DNA of 16,931 nucleotides. It comes from a virus (lineage: Duplodnaviria > Heunggongvirae > Uroviricota > Caudoviricetes). Position numbers and translations under genes: made by a program. Positions 1 through 8,469 of the stretch are shown here, piece after piece (the stretch's first letter is position 1; each line of letters opens with the position of its first letter). The stretch lies in IMG/VR virus record IMGVR_UViG_3300029095_000223; one strand, given 5' to 3'. The notes under the pieces were generated by a model, which saw only the letters and a program-made list of their open reading frames with translations, had not been told where the DNA came from and made no database searches.

Positions 1-117
1 TATCACAGCACCGGACTGCTCACCGGATGTCATGGTGGCTGACGTTCCCATGTACCCGCGTATCGTTTCATCGGCGCAGGCAATGGCAGCATCGAACAGG
101 TTATCGAAATCAGCCAC
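1..117 (-). CDS. Lambda-like head-tail joining protein FII, N-terminal 39 codons (gene runs off the window start)
   Basis: Reverse-complement of 1-117 translates VADFDNLFDAAIACADETIRGYMGTSATMTSGEQSGAVI, matching the lambda gpFII N-terminus as I recall it. Apparent GTG start at 117, 11 nt after the FI stop. Partial. Confidence 0.7.
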   Translation of the reverse strand, partial: MADFDNLFDAAIACADETIRGYMGTSATMTSGEQSGAVI

Positions 118-128
118 AGCGCCTCCCG

Positions 129-524
129 TTATTGCATTCTGGCCAGGCCGCGCTCTGTCATTTCAGCTGCCACACCGGCAGAGACACGGAACGCCGTTCC
201 CGGCAGCACAAATGCCACAGCCTCATCCCGCGTGGCGTGAAGTGCATCAGTATGCAGCGTCACCAGTGCCACAACCGTGACCAGATCAGCCGTATCAGTC
301 ACGGTATCCGGCTGCGCTGATACAACCTCATTTTCATGTCCGGTCAGCACATTTTCCGGGCTGAGAGGGGTCTCCTGACCGGCAGTGTCGCCCGTGTCAT
401 CAAGCTCTTCTTCCAGCTCTGCCACACGGAGCGCCAGTTTTTCTTTCGTCCCCGTCAGGCTGATATCACGGTTCAGTTGTTCACCCAGCGAGCGGAGACG
501 GGCAATCAGTTCATCTTTCGTCAT
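129..524 (-). CDS. Lambda-like DNA packaging protein FI
   Basis: ORF-track protein from internal Met (MTKDELIARLRSLGEQLNRD...TERGLARMQ, 131 aa) matches lambda gpFI from memory. GGAGGAG Shine-Dalgarno upstream of the ATG at 524. Position immediately downstream of E as in lambda. Confidence 0.85.
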   Translation of the reverse strand: MTKDELIARLRSLGEQLNRDISLTGTKEKLALRVAELEEELDDTGDTAGQETPLSPENVLTGHENEVVSAQPDTVTDTADLVTVVALVTLHTDALHATRDEAVAFVLPGTAFRVSAGVAAEMTERGLARMQ

Positions 525-565
525 GGACTCCTCCACAGAGAAACAATGGCCCCGAAGGGCCATGA

Positions 566-1591
566 TTACGCCAGTTGTACAGACACGAACTCATCAGGGT
601 CAGCCAGCAGCATCAGCGGTGCTGACTGAATCATGGTGAACTCACGCGCCGGGTCGCCGGTGGTCACCCAGTTTTTCGGGTAACGGGCAGAGGCGTTAAT
701 GCCTTCGCGCTGTGCGTCCGCATCCTGAATGCAACCATAGGTGCGCAGACCGCGTGCCTGAGTGTTCCCCAGCACCATCGTGTTGTCCGGCAGGAAGTTC
801 TTTTTGACGCCGTTTTCCACGTACTGTCCGGAATACACGACGATGGCCACATCGCCATACATTCCCTTATAAGACACCGCTTTGCCCAGGTCTTTTACCG
901 CTGTCTCCAGCTCGGAATGAGAGCCGCGACGGGTATCCAGCTTCTCCCTGACGGCCTTGAAGGAACGGAACAGCGCCCAGCCTTTCGGATCAAACACGAT
1001 GATATTCACCACACCGCTGGCGTTCAGCGCGTAGGCTTCGATATCGTCGGTCGGGTCATACGTGGACTTGTCACGCTTGCTCCACTCCGTGCCGCCGGAC
1101 TGCGTGATGTTATTCGCCGCACTGCGGCCCATATCCACCTCAACCGGATCGAAGGCTTCACCGGTCATGGTGTATTTGCCCTTAAGCACGGCAGAAACTG
1201 CCTGCATCTCTTCGACCTGGGCAATCGCCAGATTTTCATCCAGCATATTCTGCCGAATAATACGGCGACGACGGTAAGCCGGGTCAGCCAGGTTCTGCGG
1301 ATCTTCATCCGGCAGGCGACGCAGGGTCATCTGCGGATTCACCTCATGCTTGGGTTTGACATAACCCGGCGTAAATTCAGAGGTGGAGCCGCCACGGGAT
1401 CGGATAACCTCACCGGAAACAATCGGCGAAACGTACAGCGCCATGTTTACCAGTCCCGGAATTTGTGAGAGATAGACTTTTTCCGTGGTGAAAGGATAGG
1501 TTTCACGGAAAAACAGGCGCAGAAACAGCGGATCGAACTTAAAGTGATGCTGGGTCGATGCCAGTAATTCTGCAGTTGTATATACAGACAT
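566..1591 (-). CDS. Lambda-like major capsid protein E
   Basis: 341-aa translation (MSVYTTAELLA...EFVSVQLA) is near-identical along its length to lambda gpE as recalled. ATG confirmed at 1589-1591. Confidence 0.95.
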   Translation of the reverse strand: MSVYTTAELLASTQHHFKFDPLFLRLFFRETYPFTTEKVYLSQIPGLVNMALYVSPIVSGEVIRSRGGSTSEFTPGYVKPKHEVNPQMTLRRLPDEDPQNLADPAYRRRRIIRQNMLDENLAIAQVEEMQAVSAVLKGKYTMTGEAFDPVEVDMGRSAANNITQSGGTEWSKRDKSTYDPTDDIEAYALNASGVVNIIVFDPKGWALFRSFKAVREKLDTRRGSHSELETAVKDLGKAVSYKGMYGDVAIVVYSGQYVENGVKKNFLPDNTMVLGNTQARGLRTYGCIQDADAQREGINASARYPKNWVTTGDPAREFTMIQSAPLMLLADPDEFVSVQLA

Positions 1592-1603
1592 AAATTATTT
1601 CCA

Positions 1604-1626
1604 TAAAAAAAGCCGCACAGGCGGCC
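1604..1626 (-). terminator. GC hairpin plus U7 tract (minus-strand sense) about 10 nt upstream of the E start codon; terminator-like or RNA-processing element
   Basis: Seen in sequence: plus-strand aaaaaaa-gccgc-acag-gcggc; on the minus strand the hairpin is followed by TTTTTTT. I believe the same element exists between D and E in lambda. Confidence 0.4.
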
Positions 1627-1655
1627 TTTGTTGATGAAGGGGAAGATTAAACGAT

Positions 1656-1827
1656 GCTGAAAGGGCAGTGTTTCCCAGCGCCCTTCCTGGTATGCGGATT
1701 CTTTCGGGAGATAGTAATTGGCATCCGCCCATTCAACGGCGGTCTGTGGCTCCGGCCTGAACAGTGAGCGAAGCCCGGCGCGGACAAAATGCCGCAGCCT
1801 GTTAACCTGACTGTTCGATATATTCAC
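1656..1827 (-). pseudogene. Terminase large subunit (gpA) N-terminal remnant, first about 57 codons, fused out of frame to the tail end of the D/E intergenic sequence
   Basis: First 57 aa of ORF 1447-1827 (MNISNSQVNRLRHFVRAGLRSLFRPEPQTAVEWADANYYLPKESAYQEGRWETLPFQ) match the lambda gpA N-terminus. After that the frame reads through ...ATC GTT TAA (like the last codons of lambda D) and into E in a non-E frame. Start overlaps the Nu1 stop as in lambda. Confidence 0.8.
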
Positions 1828-2347
1828 TCAGCAACCCCGGTATCAGTTCATCCAGCGCGGCTGCCTTGTTCATGGCTTTGATGATATCCCGTTTCAGGAA
1901 ATCAACATGTCGGTTTTCCAGTTCCGGAAAACGCCGCTGCACCGACAGGGGGATCCCGTCGAGAATACTGGCAATTTCACCTGCGATCCGCGACAGCACG
2001 AAAGTACAGAATGCGGTTTCCACCACTTCAGCGGAGTCTCTGGCATTTTTCAGCTCCTGTGCGTCGGCCTGTGCACGCGTAAGTCGGTGGCGTTCGTACT
2101 CAATAGTCCCTGGCTGGAGATCTGTCTCGCTGGCCTGCCGCAGTTCTTCAACTTCCCGGCGCAGCTTTTCGTTCTCAATTTCAGCATCCCTTTCGGCATA
2201 CCATTTTATAACGGCGGCAGAGTCATAAAGCACCTCATTACCCTTGCCACCGCCTCGCAGAACGGGCATTCCCTGTTCCTGCCAGTTCTGAATGGTACGG
2301 ATACTCGCACCGAAAATGTCAGCCAGCTGCTTTTTGTTGACTTCCAT
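1802..2347 (-). CDS. Terminase small subunit Nu1 (NohA/NohD-like)
   Basis: 181-aa translation (MEVNKKQLADIFGASIRTIQNWQEQGMPVLRGG...SEYIEQSG) matches lambda gpNu1 almost residue for residue from memory. Correct distance from cosN. Confidence 0.9.
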   Translation of the reverse strand: MEVNKKQLADIFGASIRTIQNWQEQGMPVLRGGGKGNEVLYDSAAVIKWYAERDAEIENEKLRREVEELRQASETDLQPGTIEYERHRLTRAQADAQELKNARDSAEVVETAFCTFVLSRIAGEIASILDGIPLSVQRRFPELENRHVDFLKRDIIKAMNKAAALDELIPGLLSEYIEQSG

Positions 2348-2524
2348 TGTTCATTCCACGGCCAAAAACAGAGAAAGGAAACGACAGAGGCCCAAAAGTT
2401 CGTTTTCAGCACCTGTCGTTTCCTTTCTTTTCAGGGGGTATTTTAAATAAAAACATTAAGTTACGACGAAGAAGAACGGAAACGCCTTAAACCGGAAAAT
2501 TTTCATAAATAGCGAAAACCCGCG

Positions 2525-2536
2525 AGGTCGCCGCCC
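2525..2536. other. cosN cohesive-end site (12-nt, GGGCGGCGACCT on the minus strand), flanked by cosB (about 2348-2524) and the cosQ/phage right end (about 2537-2640)
   Basis: Reverse-complement of 2511-2536 is GGGGCGGCGACCTCGCGGGTTTTCGC, the lambda left-end sequence. Reverse-complement of 2537-2549 is CCGACAGGTTACG, the lambda right end. Surrounding sequence matches the lambda ends as recalled. Confidence 0.85.
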
Positions 2537-2735
2537 CGTAACCTGTCGGATCACCGGAAAGGACCCGTAAAGTGATAATGATTATCATCTACATATCACA
2601 ACGTGCGTGGAGGCCATCAAACCACGTCAAATAATCAATTATGACGCAGGTATCGTATTAATTGATCTGCATCAACTTAACGTAAAAACAACTTCAGACA
2701 ATACAAATCAGCGACACTGAATACGGGGCAACCTC

Positions 2736-2969
2736 ATGTCAACGAAGAACAGAACCCGCAGAACAACAACCCGCAACATCCGCTTTCCTAACCAAATGAT
2801 TGAACAAATTAACATCGCTCTTGAGCAAAAAGGGTCCGGGAATTTCTCAGCCTGGGTCATTGAAGCCTGCCGCCGGAGACTGTGCTCAGAAAAAAGAGTT
2901 TCTTCTGAAGCAAACAAAGAAAAGAGTGACATTACTGAATTGCTCAGAAAACAGGTCAGACCAGATTGA
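2736..2969 (+). CDS. Small basic prophage protein, YnfO/YlcI-like (DUF3950-type) candidate
   Basis: 77-aa ORF MSTKNRTRRTTTRNIRFPNQMIEQINIALEQKGSG... with GGGG Shine-Dalgarno 7 nt upstream. Placement next to the Nu1 homolog resembles ylcI/ynfO in K-12 cryptic prophages. Family assignment is from memory and unverified. Confidence 0.55.
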   Translation: MSTKNRTRRTTTRNIRFPNQMIEQINIALEQKGSGNFSAWVIEACRRRLCSEKRVSSEANKEKSDITELLRKQVRPD

Positions 2970-3026
2970 AGCAATTTAGATAATCGTGCAGACTACGCCC
3001 CCTCATATCACATGGAAGGTTTATCT

Positions 3027-3437
3027 ATGGATCAGGTAGTCATTTTTAAACAAATATTTGATAAAGTTCGAAACGATTTAAACTATCAATGGTTTTATTC
3101 TGAGCTAAAACGTCACAATGTCTCACATTACATTTACTATTTAGCCACAGAGAATGTTCATATTGTATTAAAAAATGATAATACAGTGTTATTAAAGGGC
3201 CTAAAAAACATTGTGTCTGTCAAATTTTCAAAGGATAGGCATCTTATAGAAACGACCTCTAATAAGCTGAAATCCAGAGAGATCACATTTCAGGAATACA
3301 GAAGAAACCTTGCTAAAGCAGGAGTTTTTCGGTGGGTTACAAATATCCACGAACAAAAAAGATATTACTATACCTTTGATAATTCATTACTATTTACTGA
3401 AAGCATCCAGAAAACTACACAGATCTTACCACTCTAA
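3027..3437 (+). CDS. YdfO-like prophage protein (DUF1398-type), 136 aa
   Basis: ORF 3012-3437; the second ATG at 3027 has a GGAAGG Shine-Dalgarno 7 nt upstream and gives 136 aa ([24 protein letters not shown]...). Identity to K-12 YdfO is by recollection of size and context only. Confidence 0.6.
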
Positions 3438-3588
3438 ACCATAACGTCCGGCTTCTCTCACTCCTGAGCCGGACTGCATTGGTTTAATAAAAACCATCAA
3501 CAATGGTGATTTAGATATTCGGAACCATTCAAATATAACAAAACCCCGTAAAAACGAGGTTTATGGATAAATTTTATTATTGAATACA

Positions 3589-3762
3589 TCAGATTAAATT
3601 AATCTTGACATCATAGCTTTCAAGACCCGTCATTTTTTCCCGTGCGGTAAACTGAATACTGGTAACTTCTTTCCCGGTCTTTTTCTTAAGTTCAATAATT
3701 TTTTTTGTTATATATTCAGAAATATCTGCTTCTGCTTTTGTTTTTAAGTTTTCAATATTCAT
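3589..3762 (-). CDS. gnsB: GnsB (Gns-family small protein), 57 aa
   Basis: Not in the ORF track (below its length cutoff). Reverse-complement of 3589-3762 translates MNIENLKTKAEADISEYITKKIIELKKKTGKEVTSIQFTAREKMTGLESYDVKINLI, clearly homologous to GnsA/GnsB. TGA stop at 3589-3591. Confidence 0.8.
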   Translation of the reverse strand: MNIENLKTKAEADISEYITKKIIELKKKTGKEVTSIQFTAREKMTGLESYDVKINLI

Positions 3763-3933
3763 CATTTCCTCTTTTAGTCTGTTATGACTTTCCAGTTACA
3801 CAGTAAGTCGATTATATGGTGCAAACGTGTAAAAGATAAGATGAAACATCGCAATAATCAACATACGATAGTCTAAATTTTACACAAACAGACAAAGAGA
3901 ATTTTCCTGAATTATCAATGCAATAGCATCAAA

Positions 3934-4089
3934 TCAACTCAAGAGCCTTATTGCTGCTTCCAGAATTTCTTCTGAAGTAACATGTCGATCCGCGGCTACA
4001 TAAATGACTTTATGATCTCCGGTCAGAGATGGAAACCCTGCGGCCATTACAGTAAGGTGTGTTTTTTCGCCATTTGGATATTCACGCAT
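3934..4089 (-). CDS. YnfN-like small protein (51 aa from Met40; alternative starts at 4164 giving 76 aa or 4110 giving 58 aa)
   Basis: ORF 3934-4206; the 51-aa form MREYPNGEKTHLTVMAAGFPSLTGDHKVIYVAADRHVTSEEILEAAIRLLS has a GGAG about 13 nt upstream. Size and position (between gnsB and cspI) fit K-12 ynfN as recalled. Start is uncertain. Confidence 0.5.
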   Translation of the reverse strand: MREYPNGEKTHLTVMAAGFPSLTGDHKVIYVAADRHVTSEEILEAAIRLLS

Positions 4090-4205
4090 GATGGTGTTAA
4101 CTCCAGTCATCGCTGGCACTACCACTGCTGGTTCAGAGTTAAAAAAAACTATGATTTTTTTCATGATGTTACCGTAGTATGTGAGTATCCATCGAATAGA
4201 CACCA

Positions 4206-4228
4206 AGCAAAAAAGCTCCCGAAGGAGC
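4206..4228 (-). terminator. Candidate intrinsic terminator downstream of cspI
   Basis: Plus strand aaaaaaaa-gctcc-cgaa-ggagc: on the minus-strand RNA a 5-bp GC stem with a 4-nt loop is followed by a U-rich tract. Lies about 200 nt downstream of the cspI stop. Short stem, so weak. Confidence 0.35.
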
Positions 4229-4435
4229 CTTCATTTTCACTTTTTTAAATCCAACGACAGACGGCTGGCATTTAAGTATTGTGAAATATTATCAAATGTA
4301 ATCATCATTGATTTACAAAAGATACATTTTGCCCCGAAAGGATTCATGTCAGAAACATCAAAAGATGATGTTCTATACTGGGAACCATGACAACACGGGC
4401 ATCTAAAGTGAATATGGTTTGTAATATTGTCTACC

Positions 4436-4648
4436 TCAAAGCGCCACTACATGAACAGCGGCAGGACCTTTAGGTCCGTTCTCAATACCAAATTCAACTT
4501 CCTGATTCTCAGTTAATGTTTTGAAATCGTTGCTCTGAATTGCTGAGAAATGGACAAACACATCTTTGCTGCCATCTTTCGGCGTGATGAAACCAAAACC
4601 TTTTTCAGGGTTAAACCATTTCACTAAACCAGTCATTTTGTTAGACAT
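4436..4648 (-). CDS. cspI: Cold-shock protein CspI (CspA family)
   Basis: 70-aa translation [70 protein letters not shown] has the CspA-family cold-shock domain motifs. AAGG Shine-Dalgarno upstream and a long AT-rich leader. Confidence 0.9.
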   Translation of the reverse strand: MSNKMTGLVKWFNPEKGFGFITPKDGSKDVFVHFSAIQSNDFKTLTENQEVEFGIENGPKGPAAVHVVAL

Positions 4649-5010
4649 AATTATTACCTTTTGAAGAAATTAGCCCTTGGGCAGAATGGTCCGAAAAAAA
4701 ATATCAGAGAGAAAAACCAACAAGGAAATCTCAAGAGGTACAAATAATAAAATTATAACAATGACTGCTTCAGATAAATTTGTAACAAACCAGAACACCA
4801 TTAACGCATGATTAACCACCCATAGCAAGGATTACTTTTGTAAAGAAAAACACAGCAATGAAAGAATAGTTTTATTTATTAATAAAACGTGTCATTCTGA
4901 TTAAGACCTTTTATCTTACCCTTAAGATTTCAGGAATTTTGGCTCATGGAAGAGTCCTTTTTATTTAAATTTTACATTCCGCGATGTAAATGTTCCGATT
5001 TAATATTACC

Positions 5011-6034
<1,024 letters not shown>

Positions 6035-6038
<4 letters not shown>

Positions 6039-6346
6039 AGATATTTATGATGAGGACGCTCGTGCTTATTGGCAGGATTTTCAATCTTAAAGGAGTACTG
6101 ATGCTGCAGATAAGACTCAACTTTTTCTGACAATTTTTCTGCTACTTCCAGGAAGACTTGCCGGACGCTCCTTCTGGCTGCTGCCTCATAAAACTCCAGC
6201 GCAGCTCCTTCAACACGGTCCATGGCGACATCCAGGTCAAAAATTTCACCGTCAAAGCGTTCTTTGTCCTGTAAGGCTACAGTTACCGTAACTTTATTCT
6301 CAAAATTACGGACTCCTTTCACAACCAGTTCATAGTCTTGAGTCAT
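6035..6346 (-). CDS. YdfR-like protein (DUF1327-type) within the lysis cassette
   Basis: 103-aa ORF (MTQDYELVVKGVRNFENKVTVTVALQDKERFDGE...) between holin and lysozyme, overlapping the lysozyme start by 4 nt. Name assigned by context and size from memory. Confidence 0.65.
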
Positions 6347-6350
6347 TGGA

Positions 6351-6566
6351 TTACTCTCCTCTCGCAGCCTTACGCCTGTCTTCTTTAATCTTGAAATAAA
6401 GATTTGTCAGATACGTCAGCAGGCCAAAAACCAGGCTACCCAGCACACCGATTGCAGCCCACTGTGACGGAGTTACTTTATCGAGTAACTGCAATGCCCA
6501 GAAACCAGCATTACCCGCCGATGTGCCATAGGCAACACCTGTTGTTAACTTATCCATTGATTTCAT
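6351..6566 (-). CDS. Holin (EssQ-like), 71 aa
   Basis: From Met26 of the track ORF ([31 protein letters not shown]...[32 protein letters not shown]): two hydrophobic segments and a charged C-terminus. GGTGAGG Shine-Dalgarno before the ATG at 6566. First gene of the lysis cassette. Confidence 0.75.
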   Translation of the reverse strand: MKSMDKLTTGVAYGTSAGNAGFWALQLLDKVTPSQWAAIGVLGSLVFGLLTYLTNLYFKIKEDRRKAARGE

Positions 6567-6785
6567 ATCCTCACCCCGATGTACACGGATGGTGCAATAT
6601 GTTTGAAAAGATCGGAGTCTACGGGGTAGTTTTGACAGCACACGTTGTTCTCAACGGCGCTAAAAAAACATACACATTAAAAATGTGGGTAATTATTTTG
6701 AAAGAAAGTCATATATAAAATAATAATACGAGAAATGTTTTCATATTTAGTGTACTGTATACGGCCATTTATACAGGAAAAGCCT

Positions 6786-6956
6786 ATGTCAGAACGTAAA
6801 AACTCAAAATCACGCCGTAATTATCTCGTTAAATGTTCCTGCCCAAACTGCACCCAAGAGTCAGAACACAGTTTTTCAAGAGTACAAAAAGGTGCCCTTT
6901 TGATCTGCCCTCATTGCAACAAAGTATTCCAGACAAATCTTAAAGCTGTAGCCTGA
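6786..6956 (+). CDS. Small zinc-ribbon protein (56 aa; CxC-x2-C ... C-x2-C), possibly the YnfU-type putative zinc-binding protein
   Basis: From the internal ATG at 6786 with an AGGAAA Shine-Dalgarno 6 nt upstream: MSERKNSKSRRNYLVKCSCPNCTQESEHSFSRVQKGALLICPHCNKVFQTNLKAVA. Four-Cys arrangement typical of zinc ribbons. Name recollection uncertain. Confidence 0.5.
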   Translation: MSERKNSKSRRNYLVKCSCPNCTQESEHSFSRVQKGALLICPHCNKVFQTNLKAVA

Positions 6957-7018
6957 TTGATTTTATTAGTAACAAGTATTTTTTATATTTTAATAATATA
7001 TTTAAAGCAGATAATAAA

Positions 7019-7038
7019 AAACCCGCCTGAGCGGGTTT
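7019..7038 (-). terminator. Intrinsic terminator (minus-strand sense; A-tract on the other side gives possible bidirectional function)
   Basis: aaacccgc-ctga-gcgggttt hairpin (8-bp stem). On the minus strand it is followed by TTTTTATTAT. Lies downstream of cspB (minus) and of the zinc-ribbon gene (plus). Confidence 0.5.
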
Positions 7039-7319
7039 GAGATTGTGGTGCTTTTTGTGGGAGTCATCCACTTACGCACTTTGTTTTGCCATGCCAGCAG
7101 TTAGCTTCTGCTGTAAAACTATTCATGCAGCAAACCTGCACTTCACCACAATGGTTAGCATACTTTTCCTGATTAAGATTTTGCCAAATATGCTAGCCAT
7201 TGTTTCATGTATTGGACCTCCTTACTTTTTATTAAAGAGATCCAATATTCACTACTCTGTCCGTATCTCTACTCAGGCATCAGCCTTCTTCGTTATCGTA
7301 TACAGACGAGCGATGAATT

Positions 7320-7535
7320 TTAATCAGTAATGATGACATTTGCTGCTGCAGGACCTTTAGCACCACTCTCTATAGAGAAGGTAACCTTTTGACCTTCAAA
7401 TAAGGTTCGATAATTATCATTCTGAATCGCAGAAAAATGCACAAACACATCTTTACTACCATCAACAGGAGAAATAAAGCCGAAACCTTTATCAGCGTTA
7501 AACCATTTTACTAAACCAGTCATTTTATTTGACAT
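7320..7535 (-). CDS. cspB: Cold-shock protein CspB (CspA family)
   Basis: 71-aa translation [71 protein letters not shown]. Divergent from cspF as in Qin. Confidence 0.9.
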   Translation of the reverse strand: MSNKMTGLVKWFNADKGFGFISPVDGSKDVFVHFSAIQNDNYRTLFEGQKVTFSIESGAKGPAAANVIITD

Positions 7536-7835
7536 TCTACATTCCTTAACTTGAGCCTTTCGGCATAAATGGTTTGCATAACAGAAACGACTTCGTACTT
7601 AATTGGAGAGACTCAAAGAAGGAATAAGTGAATAACACCTGAAATGAGAACTGCTTTAGTAAACTACTTCGTATATCGTCTGTTCTTCAAACCGACGCAA
7701 TCATTAACGCATAGTTGAACATATGAAGCAATGTTTATTTTAGACATCCAGCCATCTTCAACCCCATCAAAAAACTATAGCTTTCTTCAGGAACGTGTGT
7801 ATAGTGCGCCAAGTTATCAGTATTAAGGAATTTTT

Positions 7836-8048
7836 TTGTCCCGTAAAATGACAGGAATTGTCAAAACCTTTGACGGCAAAAGCGGCAAGGGTCTTATCAC
7901 CCCATCCGATGGTCGTATCGATGTCCAGCTTCATGTTTCAGCGCTCAATCTCCGCGATGCAGAAGAAATTACCACCGGATTACGCGTGGAATTTTGCCGG
8001 ATAAATGGTCTGCGTGGCCCTTCAGCTGCCAATGTTTACCTTTCATGA
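7836..8048 (+). CDS. cspF: Cold-shock protein family member CspF
   Basis: 70-aa translation [70 protein letters not shown]: divergent CspA-family member as recalled for CspF/CspH. Divergent from cspB across an approximately 300-bp promoter region. Confidence 0.9.
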
Positions 8049-8102
8049 GCTATATTAAAGCTTTAATTTCAGGCCCCATCGGATCACACATGGAGAGTTT
8101 TT

Positions 8103-8192
8103 ATGAATAACCCCGTCTGTCTTGATGACTGGTTGATTGGCTTTAAAAGCTTATGCTGTACTTTGGCCGTAATAGCTCTGCTAATAATATAA
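8103..8192 (+). CDS. Candidate 29-aa small hydrophobic protein (unannotated small ORF)
   Basis: ATG at 8103 preceded by GGAGAG at 6-nt spacing; [32 protein letters not shown] at 8190-8192. Only sequence-level support. Confidence 0.25.
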
Positions 8193-8340
8193 TAAGCAGA
8201 CTCATTGTGTTTAGGGACATTGTACTGGAAGAAAACATTTTAAACATCAGGCAAATAACCAAGTCACCAGCTAAATAATAAGTTAACAGACATGAGTCCC
8301 GGGATGAGATTCAACATTACCATTGCCCCATTTAAAGCAC

Positions 8341-8364
8341 AAAACCCGCTCATCAGCGGGTTTT
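8341..8364. terminator. Bidirectional-looking intrinsic terminator hairpin; candidate tR'-like terminator for the Q-dependent late promoter and/or cspF terminator
   Basis: aaaacccgct-catc-agcgggtttt: perfect 10-bp stem with a 4-nt loop. CTACTTTTTC follows on the plus strand; a U-rich run follows on the minus-strand RNA. Confidence 0.5.
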
Positions 8365-8409
8365 CTACTTTTTCTTAACGTCGGGTATACAAAGCCCATC
8401 GTTGAAAAA

Positions 8410-8438
8410 ATTTTATCCATATTTTTTGAAAAATGCAA
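8410..8438 (-). promoter_or_regulatory. Sigma-70 promoter, candidate Q-dependent late promoter (PR'-like)
   Basis: Minus-strand sequence TTGCAT-17 nt-TAAAAT (-35 at 8433-8438, -10 at 8410-8415), about 30 nt downstream of the Q stop, with the hairpin about 40-60 nt further on. This is the canonical position of PR'/qut/tR' in lambdoid phages. Confidence 0.45.
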
Positions 8439-8469
8439 ACATCATGTCGCCATCTTCAGCAAAAATCAT

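Noticed and set aside
32-639. Several plus-strand ORFs (27-320, 32-280, 336-629, 385-639)
   Set aside because: All antisense to the FII and FI genes, with Ser/Arg-rich low-complexity translations.
917-1468. 183-aa plus-strand ORF (and the 71-aa ORF at 1062-1277)
   Set aside because: Entirely antisense to the near-perfect capsid E gene; arginine-rich, typical of a spurious antisense frame.
1447-1655. C-terminal two-thirds of the 126-aa ORF as a real protein
   Set aside because: Only the first 57 codons are terminase-like; the rest is read-through across the D/E intergenic region and the E start in a wrong frame.
2573-2591. Fur-box-like sequence GATAATGATTATCATC (15/19 to the Fur consensus)
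   Set aside because: It is part of the conserved lambda right-end sequence next to cosQ, which has this sequence in lambda itself, so it is better explained as packaging-site context than as an iron-regulated operator.
6755-6776. Possible LexA (SOS) box because of CTGT...ACAG
   Set aside because: The spacing between CTGT and ACAG is 14 nt rather than the 8 nt required, so it is not a LexA box; kept only as a generic inverted repeat.
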